A stretch of DNA of 64,000 nucleotides from Azolla caroliniana (GCA_043228905.1 JBHGNT010000013.1:3286001-3350000), one strand, 5' to 3'; positions 25,470 to 38,627 are shown, counted from the first letter of the stretch. Program-made: numbers and translations. The notes: generated from the letters alone by a model not told the origin.

Positions 25470-26664
25470 TACCGTGTCGGTATTATAGTCCCCAATCCTT
25501 CGTGCCGCTAACATACCGAAGTATCCAGTCTGCGCACTAAAGCTGCTCGACGGTCGGCTTTTGCATGAATTGGCTGATCACTCTAGCTGGGTAACTGATG
25601 TTGAGTCGAGTGATTGTCAAGTATATGAGGCTTCCGAAAATTGGTCGGAAGTATTTCTCATCGCAGGCCGGACCGGAGTCGGGACAAAGGTTCAAGTTCC
25701 GGTCTAGGGGTGTGGAGATCGGTCGACATTCCGTTATGCCGAACTTGTACAACATATTCAACACATACTGTCTTTCTGAGAGCCATATGCCATCGGGGGG
25801 TTCACATCACCTCAATACCAAGAAAATAATGAAGGTCCCCCAGGTCCTTAATTTCAAATGCGTCCGACAACTAGGACTTCACTCTGCCGATTTCATCCAG
25901 TCCGGGTCCGGTGATGACCAAATCATCAACATATAGTAGGATACAGACCGAACCGTTCGGACCTTTCTGGATGAATAGTGACGAGTTGGACTTTGAGGCC
26001 GCAAACCCCATCTTACGCAACCGGTGCATGATCTTCGCATTCCAAGCTCGGTGGGCTTGCTTCAAACCGTAAAACGACTTCTTGAGTCAAAATACTGCCA
26101 ACTTGTTCATCTCCGATTGGAATCCGAGGGATTGGATCATATAGACCCGTTCTTTAAGGTCACCTTGAAGAAAGACATTCTTCATGTCCATTTGGTGAAG
26201 ACGCCATCCCCTTACCGCAACAACAACCAATACCACACGAACTGTCGTCATCTTCGCTACCGGAGCAAAGGTCTCATCGTAGTTGATTCCGTCGGTCTAT
26301 GCGTATCCCTTTGCCACTAACCAGGCCTTGCACCAGTTGACTGAAGCGTCAACATTGTACTTCACCTTATATACCCATTTGCAACCGATCGGTTTACAAT
26401 GTTAGGGAGGGTCAACCAGGTCCCATATATGGTATACATCAAGTACCCGGATTTCTTCCTTCATAGCAGCACGCCAATTGACGTCTTGTGTTGCTTCTGT
26501 ATAGCTCTACGGCTCACGCACTTCCGTCACCTTAGTCATGTACGCATAGTGATGTGCCATGTACTCATTGTACCCATACCTCATGACGGTTTTCTTTTGA
26601 CAGGTTGACCGACGTAACTTCTTGTTACCCGGTTTGAGGCCCTTCTTGGCCGATTCAGACTTCC
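25470..26664 (-). mobile_element. Copia fragment (family of B/D), integrase C-terminus and RT
   Basis: ILLYVDDLVITG, ECRPISTPLDRN; colinear with 16900..18090. Confidence 0.88.
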
Positions 26665-29606
26665 TTTATTAATGGTAGTTAACGCCATAACAACTCTTGA
26701 AAATTCCACTCTTCTTGATTCCATTCGAGATCATATGGCCACTGATGATTTCGCCAAGGATGTTTTAGATCATATCGTCCCGGATCGTGCTTCTTGCTCA
26801 CAGTCGAAAAATCCTCGTAATGACTATTGTCAGTTCTATTGGCATGGTGGTTTTCTATTTCGACAACTGTCGTTGATGCACTAAGTCGCATCTGTGAAGT
26901 TAACATGCTTAGCTTCACTGAAATAACATCAGATCTTTATGATCACCTTCGAGGAAAGTAACCTGATGACAGTTATTTTGCAAAATACTGGGCAAGAGTT
27001 GAGTCTGGAACAAACACCACCACATCCTCGAAGGAATACTTCCACATTGCTAATGGTCTGCTCTACCGTAATGGGAAGGTTTGTGTTCCAGATTTACCCG
27101 AGGTCAAAAAGAGGATTCTTTTTGAATGCCATGATGCACCTTGGAATAAATCGCACACTCGTTCTCATCTCCACTCAATTCTATTGACCTAAGATGCGCC
27201 CTGAGATACATAGCTATGTGACTAAATGTCACTAATGTCAGGTTAACAAAGCCGAGCGACTTAAAACTGCAAGAATTTTACATCCCTTGGAAATTCCCAA
27301 TAATAAGTGGGAAAGTATATCCATGGATTTTATTGTTAGCCTTCCTTGCACCCAAAAAGGCCATGATACCATCTGGGTTGTGGTTGATCAACTAACTAAA
27401 ATGGCTAGATTTATTGCTACTAAAACTACGGTAACAGCTCCTGAATTGGCTTACCAATTCGTTGACGAGTTATTTCGTTTTTATGGGTTACCGATGGATA
27501 TTGTGAGTGATCGAGATCCAAAATTTACTAGTGACTTCTAGACGCAAGTCTTTAAGAAGTTAAAAACTATGTTGAGCATGAGCTCCACGGATCATCCTCA
27601 ATCTAATGGACAAACAGAATGAGTAAATCAAATTATTGAGGACATGCTTCGGCCATACGTTGGTGCAAACCCAACAAAATGGGAACGTTATCTCCCAATT
27701 TTGGAGTTTTCTTATAATAGCTCCAAGCATACGTCGACGAGATATAGTCCTTTTATGTTGATGCATGGTTTTCAGCCACGAGCCCCGATTGATGTTAATA
27801 TACATCATGATGAGTTGCGAAGTATGCAAAACTTTCTTCGGGATATGCAAGATATGTTGCATATTGCACGAGATAATATAAAAACAACTCAAGATAGAGC
27901 GCGTTTTTATGTTGAGCATCATAGGCAACCTCGTGTATTCAACCCTAGATAGAAGCCTGGTATTTTTACGTTGTCGTGCCTTTCGGCTCCGGATCGTTGC
28001 GTGAGTCGGGTGGGAACCACAGAGGTCTTGGACTAGGAGAAAGAAGTTCGTGAGATAGAGATTAATTATGAGTAAATAGCAAAGAGAAAGATAAGAAACT
28101 CGTGAATCACACGAGTATACTATATTAATTGGTACTTAGGGTGTTAAGAGAGAAGTAGATGTATAAATCGTGAATCCCACGAATAAATTTTGTATTGATT
28201 AATACTTAATCCAAATAATCAACAACCCTTTACATATTTCTCTCCTCCTTATATAAGGAAAGAAAAGCTAAGCATGGCTTCATGCTTTTTTTTTTACAAA
28301 AAGTGTTCATGTCCACTAAATGTGCATGTGATGCTTTTTTATTTCCTAAGTATAGGGCTCATGCACGCTAGATGTGCATGAGTTATTTTTAGTGTCTCGT
28401 GTTTTTCTTTTTCATATATTAAAAAATACACGATTTACCTTTTAATAAAGGTATGCATAAATAAAGGTCTTATACGTATTAAATCTATATTTAAAACACT
28501 TAAGATAAGTTAATGTAATGGTAAGGTTGGGGTTTGTCAACGTGGAGGTGCAGAGTTCGAATCACGCCCTGCGCAGTAGTGAGTATTTCCTTTTTTTTAC
28601 ATTTACGTCTCTTTATCCGGCTCTTCCTTGCCGGTATGCCGTTTTCCTCCTTGCCGGTATGCCGTTTTTCCTCCTTCCGGTTCTCACCGAGCACTCCATT
28701 CTCTATCCGGAGGGACAAAAATATAATTTCCACATAGTGTGCAACCTACACTACGACAACGTGTACCTCACAATTCTAAGACATTGTCTACGAGTAGGTG
28801 CGCTAAGATAGCCCCATGGTTTTGTGGACCATTTACCGTCCTCAAATGCATTGGGTCATCAGCCTATCGTCTCGCTCTTCCCGATGGTGTTGAAATTCAT
28901 CTAGTTTTTCATGTGAGTCGTCTAAAAGAACTTCTAGGTTATGGCAACAATACAGTTACAACTAAAACTCTGGTTACTTCTGAAGAATTATCTTCTAAAC
29001 CACATGTACTAGAAAGAATTCTCGATGTTAAAACAAAAAAATTATGTACTAAAGAAATCCGAGAATTTAAAATAAAATGGAAAAGATGCCACATGGGAGC
29101 GTGAAAGTACTCTCAGAACTAACTTCCCTAACTTTCCATTGCAAGAGTTGAATGTTTTAAAGAGGGGGAGTATGTTACGGGCATGACCATATAATATCCC
29201 GTGGTGAGAATTTACCGTAGTATTCTATACACGTGGATAAGTGTGAGGGTTAAACGAGAGTGTAAAGAAGGGGAGGATTACTTTTAATCCTGAGGATTGA
29301 GACAACCCATTGGGCCAAGTGTGAACATGGTTGGGGGCCTTGGGTATCACTATACATAAGAGGCCTAGCTACCCTCATTTCATTATCTGGTTGAATATGT
29401 TGAGACTCTGTCTTGTGGTGGGTCAACTCTTGTAGCGAGCGCGCCAGCACTAGGTACGACTCAACGCCACGACGGTGGTATGGGATGCCGATTGAGGTTC
29501 GAGTCCGTCTCGATCCCTTCGCTCGGGGGTGGTCGGGTGGATCGACACCCTTCTCTATCTCCTTGCTATCTATCTATCTTATTTTTATCCTTATCTCATG
29601 CTTACA
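26665..29606 (+). mobile_element. Chromovirus Gypsy F (Tekay/Reina-like), 3' part, degenerate
   Basis: Integrase (WESISMDFI, SDRDPKFTS), GPF/FHVS motifs, chromodomain-like tail, PPT AAGAGGGGGAG, LTR 29173..29606. Confidence 0.88.
27972..28758 (-). repeat. Solo LTR (related to the LTR of Gypsy J) inserted in the integrase of F
   Basis: TGTCGT..ACGACA termini; 4-bp TSD ACGT; removing it restores host VFLRVPHNS. Confidence 0.85.
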
Positions 29607-29676
29607 TTAGTTGATGTCTTTAATAACATGAGTACGAAAACAACCCACATACATCCCATCGTGGTCGCCAAAATAG

Positions 29677-30057
29677 TGTTGTCTGTATGGCCGGACTAGC
29701 CTCAACACAGGTGTCTATCCGACACTTCTCCAAAGGGGTGGTAAGGATTGGATGCTAGGTTACACGCATCAGATGATTACAATTAAGCACGGACGGCAAA
29801 CAATACGAGATACAGATAAATACACAATAATTACTATTGTATTACTTCCGTCAAAAAACTTTACAAATCATCGGATCCTTTTATAGGCATCCGGCAAGGT
29901 TACAATCGGTGCGCTTAGGCAACCGACATCCGAATCGGTTCGGATCCGGATCGGTACAACTGTACCGAATCCGTCCCTCCGAATAATAATTCTACTATTA
30001 CTTCCTATTATCCGATTCCGCCTTCCCACTTGTCCTTGCTCTTCTGACCGGCCAACA
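29677..30057 (-). repeat. 3' LTR of Gypsy G
   Basis: Matches 48814..49194 with about 3 substitutions seen by eye. Confidence 0.93.
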
Positions 30058-30107
30058 CATGGCACGCCCGTGGGAAAGTGCCTTGCACTTCGAATCCACT
30101 CCCGGCC

Positions 30108-32992
30108 TCAGTCTTCCTCCAAAATATCGAGCACACTTTGCTCGATAGTGTCAAGTGGTGCTTCTTCCTCCTGTTCCTGCTCCTTACCTGCCTGGTCTCC
30201 GACCTCCTGTTGTTCCGTAAAAATTTCCTGCTCCGGCTCTGCTTGTGCCGGTGATTCCTCACCGCTTCGTCCGGGTTCTTCCTGTTCTCCCTCCGTTCCT
30301 GGCTCTGTTCTGTTACCGATGTCGCTTTCTCCGGTCTCGACTGGTCGACTTGATATGCCTCCTTCCTCTGCTCTGGTGTCTTCCGGTCTCAGCTCTTCTT
30401 CTTCTTCAAGCATCGGTCCGCTCCTGCTCTTCTTCAAGTTCGTCTTCAGGTATTCCTCGTCGGGGTTGTTCGGTGTCGGTTGGTTCATCTTCAGCCGGTC
30501 GCGTTCCCTCACCCATAGTGGTTGGCGTCGTTCTTCCCTTAGCTTCCTGTCGTAACCGGTCCTGCTCGTATCTCTCCAACTCCAACTGAGTTGCGAGCTG
30601 CCCGTCATCCAACCTCTCTACCAACCCTCGGATTTCTTTGAGGTGTTCTTCTGCTAAAGTGTAGAAATCCTCCGACAATTCCTCCCGAATGGCGACGATA
30701 CTTTCTTCATCCATCTTGTAGAACCTGTCGCCGGTCTTCTTCCGATTCTCGGCATCCGCTCGGAGTGTCTGCAGCTCGGCTGCCTGTTGTGACCACTCCT
30801 TCCATAGCTTTTCCGTACTTTCGTTGATACTTGCCTGAGCTCGGGTACTCCATCCTGACATGATGAGCTTGATCCGGTCAACTCCTGCCTTAGCATGCGC
30901 ATAAGGTTCCTGCTTTTCCTTCCTTGCCCGTTTTATAATGTCGGCCATTATCTGAGCCTGGGCCTCGTAATCTGCTTTCTGCTTTTCATAGGTACTCTAC
31001 AGTTTGCTGATCGTGAAGGTCGATTTTTCCTTTTCTTCATTCCTGATCTTGGTCAGGTCCAGCTTTTCCCGCCTTAGCGCCTCTAATTCCTTCCTTCTCT
31101 CCGTTGCTTGGGCTATTTCCGCCGACAATGCTTCCTTGTTGGCACTGACCTCATCCATCGCCTTAGCCAGGTCTAATCGGGTCTCTTTGAGCTGCTCTTT
31201 CAACTTCTCTATTTGCCGGTCGTAGTCTGCTGCTCTTTTTTGTTGTCCGACTCGGCCTGCTTGTGATCTCGGTAGAGACGGTCGAAGTCCTCCGTCTTCT
31301 GCTTCAGGCGTCGGGTTGCCTGAGCTCTTAACCGATCGTCCCGGTCCTTCTGTTGTCGGAGTTCTTCCTGCAGTCGTTCTATCTCTTGTCCGGCATGTCG
31401 ACGTAGTCGGTCCTTCTCCTTCTGCAGCTTCTCTTTTTCTTCTTGCAGTCGGTCATTAGCGGCTCGGCCTTTCCGGAGGCCTTCTTCCATTTTTCGTCTG
31501 TCATCCTCCACCGCTTTCCGCTGCTCCCTTTCTCTTTCCCTTAATGCCTCCTGAGCTTGTAACTCCTCTCGTAAGGTTTCTATTATTTTTTCGGTCTCAG
31601 GGCCGGTTTACAAGGCTACCGGTTCCGGTTCTGGTTCTGGTTGCTTCCTTGTTGTCCCGACCGGCTCGGTGACAGCTTGTGCTTGTTGAATTCCTTCCCT
31701 TGCCTGCAACAGCTCCCCTTGCATTTCCTCGATCTGTGTTCGGAGCGCGACCAACTCCTGAGTTGTTGTATGCGTCAGCTGTTGCCGACACGTTTCTTCT
31801 TTCTCTAACTGGTCCGCTACTCCCGATAACTGCTCCGAAAGCCATCTCAGCCATTGTGGCTTTGTTCTTCCGATTTCGGGGTGGCCTTGCTCACTTAAGC
31901 CAGGCTGATTTTCCGACCTTTTCTCTGGCTCCTGATCCAGCGCTCGTTCCTTCTTCTTCTCTGGGATGACCGGTTGTCTCAAGTCTGGCCCAACCGGTGT
32001 CGGTGCTGCTTCCCTGGGTACGGGTTCCGGTGCTGGTTCCGCCTCGGCTACTGGAGATGGTCCTTGCGCCCTCTGCTGAGTTCTGTCCACTGGTGGAGCC
32101 GGTCCCTTCGCCCGTTTCTCCCGACCTTGTCTTGCTGGGAGTCTTACCAGTGGTTCGGATGAGTCTTCTGTTTCAGTTTCCTCCTCCGGTGCGGTTACCA
32201 GACGGACCTTTTGTATAAAGTCTGCTGGTTCCGGTTCCAGCCGTCGCAGCGTTATATGGATTGGTTTGCGCGCTACCGGTTCCTCCTCGGCCGCTTTCCC
32301 TTTGCCTTTACCTGCCGGTTTTGCCTTTGTTGCCTGTTCCTGTTGCTGTCGGGATGGTCCTTCCCCCTGCTGTTCTGCTTCTTGCGGGGTCCATCCGGGG
32401 GTGTGTTTCTCCAAGATCTGTCGGCGCTTTGTGACCTTTTTCGGCATCGTCTCTTGCCGACCTCTTTTCTTTTGTGTGATGGGGAGTACCGGTGGGACTA
32501 ACACCGTTAGCCATTGTGCTATCCCGGCCCATGGCTTTTTTCCTTCCACCAGATTTTTGATGGCCTCCTTCAATCCTTCGGTTATGAAATGGAGCCAATC
32601 TATTTGTAAGCCCTCGTACGCTGCTATCAAGAATGTTGCCCGATACTTGGCTATGGCTGGGGGACGGGGATTCACGAATCCGTATTCCATCATAGCGCGG
32701 GCCACTTCTCCGAACAGCAGGTTCTCTCCGCCCTGCGTTCGGTACGCCTTGCTGCTGATAGAGAGTCCCCGAAATATTCGAACAGGATTTCACTGGAAGG
32801 GTTTTCGATTGTTTGCAGTCCTCCTGCTTTGATCCCCGTGAGTGCCTGCACCGCTCCTTCCGTGACTTCGGATATATCGATCGATGCTGCCGCCTGCTCT
32901 GGTTCTGCGTGTGGTGGAGCGTCGGCGATCCGCAGCAAACCTTTTAACCCGTTCTCCCTCATCCATTGGCGTGCCTCTTCCGACAGTACCAT
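30108..32992 (-). pseudogene. Extra ORF of G (N-terminal globular domain plus coiled coil), broken by frameshifts and stops
   Basis: Pieces 32690..32992, 31608..32705, 31209..31511, 30997..31203, 30406..30948, 30108..30608, all homologous to the ORF at 38680..41349. Confidence 0.85.
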
Positions 32993-33196
32993 TGCTTCGA
33001 ATTCTTCGTCTGCTGCCTAGTGTTCGGGATCGCGCTGTGTGTGCTCTAGGCGTCGGGTCGCTCTTCTGTGCTTTTGCGCCTGTATGTAGGAAAATTCGTA
33101 AAACGTGAGCCCTTCGCAGGCCTGTGTCTTATATAGTGGGTTGTGCCTCGAGCCGTCCTTTTTCGTTTCCCGCGCATGTTCCTCTCCCGCCATAAT

Positions 33197-33615
33197 TGTT
33201 ACCGGCCGGCAAGGAGTCCAAAATACGGAGTGAAGGAATTAATTAAGTATGGTTGTAAATAAGCATAGTATGGACGGACGGACTGGAAACGGTATGCCGT
33301 TCCAGATCCGGACGGATCCCGAATAGGTGCGATAGGCACCGTTTTGTACTACGGGCCGGAAACCTATTTAAAGGCCCGGACCCCATTGTAATCGCAGCGG
33401 ATAATTAATAGAGCGTATGGTGTTTATACTTCTGTGTTGATTTCCATTCTGTAATTACTGTTATATCTTACGCGTGTAATTAACAAAAGCGCTCTAATCG
33501 TGTGACCTACTTAAGTCGGTGTAATCGTTGAGTCACAATCCTATGCCGTAATCACCCTTTGGTGAAGTGTCTCTGTGACACCTTGTGTTAGGCCTTGTCC
33601 GGTCAGAGAATAACA
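33197..33615 (+). repeat. 5' LTR of Gypsy H
   Basis: TG..CA; reverse complement of 38221..38627 plus 43131..43147. Confidence 0.92.
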
Positions 33616-33621
33616 CAGTTC

Positions 33622-33634
33622 TGGCGACCACGAT
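33622..33634 (+). promoter_or_regulatory. PBS, probably tRNA-Arg
   Basis: TGGCGACCACGAT 6 nt after the LTR; identical in G at 48795..48807. Confidence 0.8.
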
Positions 33635-33668
33635 TCCTGCTTTCTCGCAGCGAACGACGGCTTAATGG

Positions 33669-36600
33669 ATGACTAGACCAACGCACGACCTGGTTACAGA
33701 CCGAGCTCGACGCCTAGCCGAACGGCAAAGACGGCGTGAGACTTTCCAGCAAGCAGCGCACGAAATTCGCTCGGATCGTTCGTTCTCCAACGAGATCCGG
33801 AGAGTCGCGGAGGAATCCCTTCGGTTACAGCAAACTCGCGACCAGGACGACGGAAGCGGTCTAAGTAGTCTCCGGGAAACCGAACGCCTCCTCGAGGCGC
33901 TGGCAAGCGGAGAAAACGAGACAGAAGCCTTTTCAGCCTACGAATCGGATTCCGAAGGGGGATACAGCGTGCACACGAACTACCGGAGCAGCAACGATAC
34001 CCCCGGCGGCCCGGAGGACGACGGGTCGGATACCGTGCCGACTCTAGAACCGGAACCTTTCGACCAGGGCTATCCGGAACCGCAAACGGAAGCCGTCAAC
34101 CCACCAACACCGGAAGTGGAAGAAGCAAAGCCACCGACACCAACGAAAGAGCCGGCAAAGGTACCGGAAGAAGAGCCGGTGAAGGAACCGGGAAAAGAAC
34201 CGGAAAAGGAACCGGAAAAAGCACCGGCAAAAGAACCGGAAGTGGAACCGGAGAGAAAACCGGAAAGATATCAACAAACGCCACTAAACCGCGGCCTAAT
34301 ACTGGACGACGACATGCTGTTCCAATACTCAAAGTATCGCGATGATCCGGATGCGGAAGCGCATGTTCATGCCTTCGAGCAGACATGGGAAGCAAATCAC
34401 ACGTCCCAGCGAATGACACCGGAGGAAGAAGAACGCTCGAAGATAGCGGAATTCGGGGTCACGTTGGAAGGACCAGCAACACGATGGCAGCGGACGTAGG
34501 ACCCGGCGACCATCACAACCTTTGTAGAATTAAAAGCAAAATTCTTGCATTTTTTCCACAAGGAGGTCGACCAGACGACAATGGTGGGCCTGTTTTATAC
34601 GATCCGACAGGAGGCAGGGGAAAGCATTCCCCAATTCGTCATCCGTTTCCAACGAATGCATAGCCAGCTTGCCCGTGCACCCCCGGAGGAGGAATTACGG
34701 ACGATATTTTTAAACGCACTCCGGGAACCGTTATGCACGGTGTGTACGGTGATCGACTTTCGAGGAAGCACCATTGACCAGGTCATTGACTGGGTCAGAG
34801 AAATGGAAAAGTCAAGCTCATGGCTTACACTGGGAGCACTGCAACGGGCGTTACCCACAAATGAAGATCTCCGGTTCCGGCAGGCAATTCAATGCACAAT
34901 CTGCTTGAATGCCGGACACTCGGCAGTGGAGTGCACCATGCGAACCCAGTGTGTGATTTGTCAATCCAAGAGTCATACAACGGACCGGTGCGAGTATAAC
35001 CTGCTAAACCAACAAGCACCACCCGTCCGACGGATCGAGCCAAGAAGCAGCCGAGACGAAGATGAAGATCGTTGGCAAAGAATGAACCGGTACCAACCGG
35101 CACAGGATGTCCGGTACGGAGACAGACAAGAGAATGATGGCCGGTACGGGGATCGGCGTGATAACTACGACCGGTATGAGCGAGCGGACCGTTATGGGGA
35201 GTCCAACAGACGACACGAGCAATACGACAGAGACCATTCCCCTGGTTACCGAAGGCACCAGGAGGACTACGGCCGATTTTACGATCCACCACGACAGGAC
35301 TACCGAAATAAAAATAAGAATAATAAGAAACGTAATTTCAAGAAAGGTGGTCACACTAGGGACCCGGAACATGGAACCCCAAGGAGCCAACCGGCACAAA
35401 ACGCACCACTCACTACGGGACCGACTCCGGCGACCAGCAATGCTGAATCCAGCAATACCCGTAAAGAGTACTGCTACTACTGCAGGCAGGAAGGCCACTA
35501 CAGTAACCAGTGCCCGGCAAAGAGCTACGATAAACGACCAGCAGTTAATCTGGTGGTTCTGGAAGTGGCGGATGTACAGCAAGTAACCACACGGTCGAAA
35601 GGCATGGCCAAAGAGTGGGAAACACAAGAGGCCATACGAAAACAGGTGACGGAATGGGTGAAGGAAGCCAATGAAAGGAACATCGCGGACGCGGAACGGC
35701 AAAAGGTGAATACCATAGGGAGTGCCGGCGGTAGCCACGCAGAAAACGAGACATGGCAAGTACTGCAAGAATGTCAGATCACGTTGCCATTAGGAAGACT
35801 CTTGCAGCTCGTGCCGCGATTTACGGAAGGACTAAAAACGGTCATTACAGACGGTATAGCCCCACCGGCACCAGTCCTCTTCTCGAATCCGGAGGAGGGA
35901 CCGACGGTGGTGGATACTAGTAGTCCGGTGATTACAGCTATTGTCAAAGGGCATGAACTTCCCGACACAGTAATCGATGGAGGTTCCGGGGTGAACGTAA
36001 TAAGCCTCCGCACGTGTGATGCCTTGGGTATACATGAATGGGAGCCATGTTCGTTCTGGCTACGGATGGCGGATACGAGCTCTGTACGGCCGACGGGCTT
36101 AATACGGAAATTGGAAGTCACCATAGGAGGTCACACATTTCACATCTCGGCTGTAGTGCTGCAGCTACAGGCGCAAGGCGCGTACCCACTGTTGCTGGGC
36201 AGACCATGGTTGAAAACAGCACACATCAAGCAAAATTGGCGGAAAAATATGATTACCTTCCGGCGCGGAAAAGCCAAGGTCCGGGTACCGACACAACCAC
36301 GGACGAGCAACAGTAAGGAATGCACACCGCTGTATGCGGAATGCGTGAACATGCTTGAAGGGTTGGCAGACGACGAAGAAGCCCAATACTTGGAGGAACA
36401 CCCGAAGATCGTACCACTCTTCGAGATTGACGTGGCTGAAGCCGTAGCGCCATACTTGCCGCAGCGGGACGAAACCGAAGCCGAACCAGACAAAGATTCG
36501 ATTCGGGAATTATGGCAAGCACAGGAAGCGTTGGAACGGGAAATGGCCGTTTCCCAACGGGTAAAAACATCCCAGCTCGACGAAGTGAACCTAGGAAGCA

Positions 36601-38201
36601 AGGACGAATCAAAGCCGGTACACATCGCCAAAGAAATGAAGCCGGAAGATAAAGCGGCGATGATCAAACTTCTCACGGAGTTTCGCGACGTATTCGCCTG
36701 GTCATACGAAGACATGCGAGGGCTGGACCCTCAATTATATCAGCATCAGATCCACTTAGGCAAGGACGCGAAACCAGTGGCGCAAAGACGTTACCGAATG
36801 AACCCCAAGTACGCCGCCAAAGTGAAGGAGGAAATCGACAAACTCCTAAGAGTGGGCTTCATCCGGCCGGTAAAGAAAGCGACGTGGCTGAGCCCCATCG
36901 TCGTCGTCCCAAAGAAGAACGGTAAAATCCGCGTGTGTGTAGATTACAGGAAACTAAATGCAGCCACAATTACGGATGCATTCTCTCTTCCGTTCACGGA
37001 TGGAGTACTGGATGCCGTCGCCGGCCATGAAGTTTATAGCTTTTTAGACGGGTTCAGCGGATACAATCAAATCTGGATGCACCCTGACAACCAGGAAAAG
37101 ACAGCGTTCGTAACCGAATGGGGAGTGTTTGTGGCCGAAGTAATGATGTTCGGACTAAAAACGGCACCAGCAACTTTCCAGCGAATCATCATGGAGATCT
37201 TCGGCGAATACATTCCAGCCTTCATGCAGGTTTTCCTGGATGACTTTGCAGTCTATAGCCGGGAAAAAGACCATTTGCAGCACCTACGGTTATGCCTTGA
37301 AAAGTGTAGGTTATACCGGCTAAGCTTAAACCCAGCAAAATGCATCTTCGGGGTTTCAAGCGGAATCTTACTGGGACACATTGTAAGTAAGGAGGGCATT
37401 GCGGTCGACCCGGACAAAGTAAACGCGATACTAGGGGCACCAGCGCCGAAAACGGCCAAAGCACTAAGCCGATTCTTAGGACAGATCCGGTGGCACAGCC
37501 GGATGCTCCGTCACTTGGCTGACTTGGCTACACCATTACACACCGCGGTACATCGGACACCGTTCCAATGGACGGATACAGAGGATAAGGCATACAATGC
37601 CCTGAAGGTACTTTTGTCGCAAGCACCCGTCGTGCAGCCTCCGGATTGGAGCAAGGAATTTCATGTGTTCGTTGACGCTTCCGACATCGCTATCGGCAGC
37701 GTCTTAATGCAACTTACGGAGCCTAAATGGTATCGGCCGGTATATTACGCCAGCCGGAAGCTGTCCCAAGCGGAGAAGAACTATTCGACTACGGAACGGG
37801 AGGCCCTGGGCATGATCTACAGTGTAACAAAGTTTCGTCATTACCTATTGGGAAGGAAGTTCTCCTTTCATGTGGATCACTCGGCGCTCCTGTACTTAGT
37901 GTCCAAGGCGTCCCTGACCGGTAAGTTGGCCCGTTGGACCTTGCTGTTGCAGGAGTTCGAATTCGAGATCTTCCACCGGCCCGGTATCCAGCATGCCGTA
38001 GCAGACTACCTGAGCCGGTTAGAGTCCGGAGAATCAGGCGACGGAGTATCAGATGAATTCCCGGATGCAGAGTTATTCCGTATCACCCCGGAAACGGCAG
38101 CGGACGACACGGTGGCATCAGAAGATAGGTGGCTGACAAACATGCACCAGTTCCTAAGCACGGGCCTGCCACCGGAGGAAATGAACCGGGACGAGAGGTG
38201 A
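33669..38201 (+). pseudogene. Gypsy H gag-pol (gag, PR, RT, RNase H); one stop at 34499, truncated at the inversion
   Basis: [14 protein letters not shown] knuckle, IDGGSGVN protease, VCVDYRKLN and FLDDF (RT), VDASDIAIG (RNase H). Confidence 0.93.
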
Positions 38202-38220
38202 CGGAGCATCCGGCTGTCCC

Positions 38221-38627
38221 ACCGGACAAGGCCTAACACAAGGTGTCACAGAGACACTTCACCAAAGGGTGATTACGGCATAGGATTGTGACTCAACGAT
38301 TACACCGACTTAAGTAGGTTACACGATTAGAGCGCTTTTGTTAATTACACGCGTAACATATAACAGTAATTACAGAACGGAAATCAACACAGAAGTATAA
38401 ACACCATACGCTCTATTAATTATCCGCTGCGATTACAATGGGGTCCGGGCCTTTAAATAGGTTTTCGGCCCGTAGTACAAAACGGTGCCTATCGCACCTA
38501 TTCGGGATCCGTCCGGATCTGGAACGGCATACCGTTTCCAGTCCGTCTGTCCATACTATGCTTATTTACAACCATACTTAATTAATTCCTTCACTCCGTA
38601 TTTTGGACTCCTTGCCGGCCGGTAACA
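38221..38627 (-). repeat. Inverted 3' LTR of H (lacking its terminal bases)
   Basis: Reverse complement of 33197..~33604. Confidence 0.92.

Noticed and set aside
29496-29506. Perfect B-box GGTTCGAGTCC in LTR F
   Set aside because: Sense orientation, downstream of the TATA box, and no A-box at tRNA spacing; not counted with the U3 modules
33197-38627. Terminal inverted repeats suggesting a DIRS element or DNA transposon
   Set aside because: Explained by the internal inversion; the TSD lies at 43148 and no tyrosine recombinase is seen
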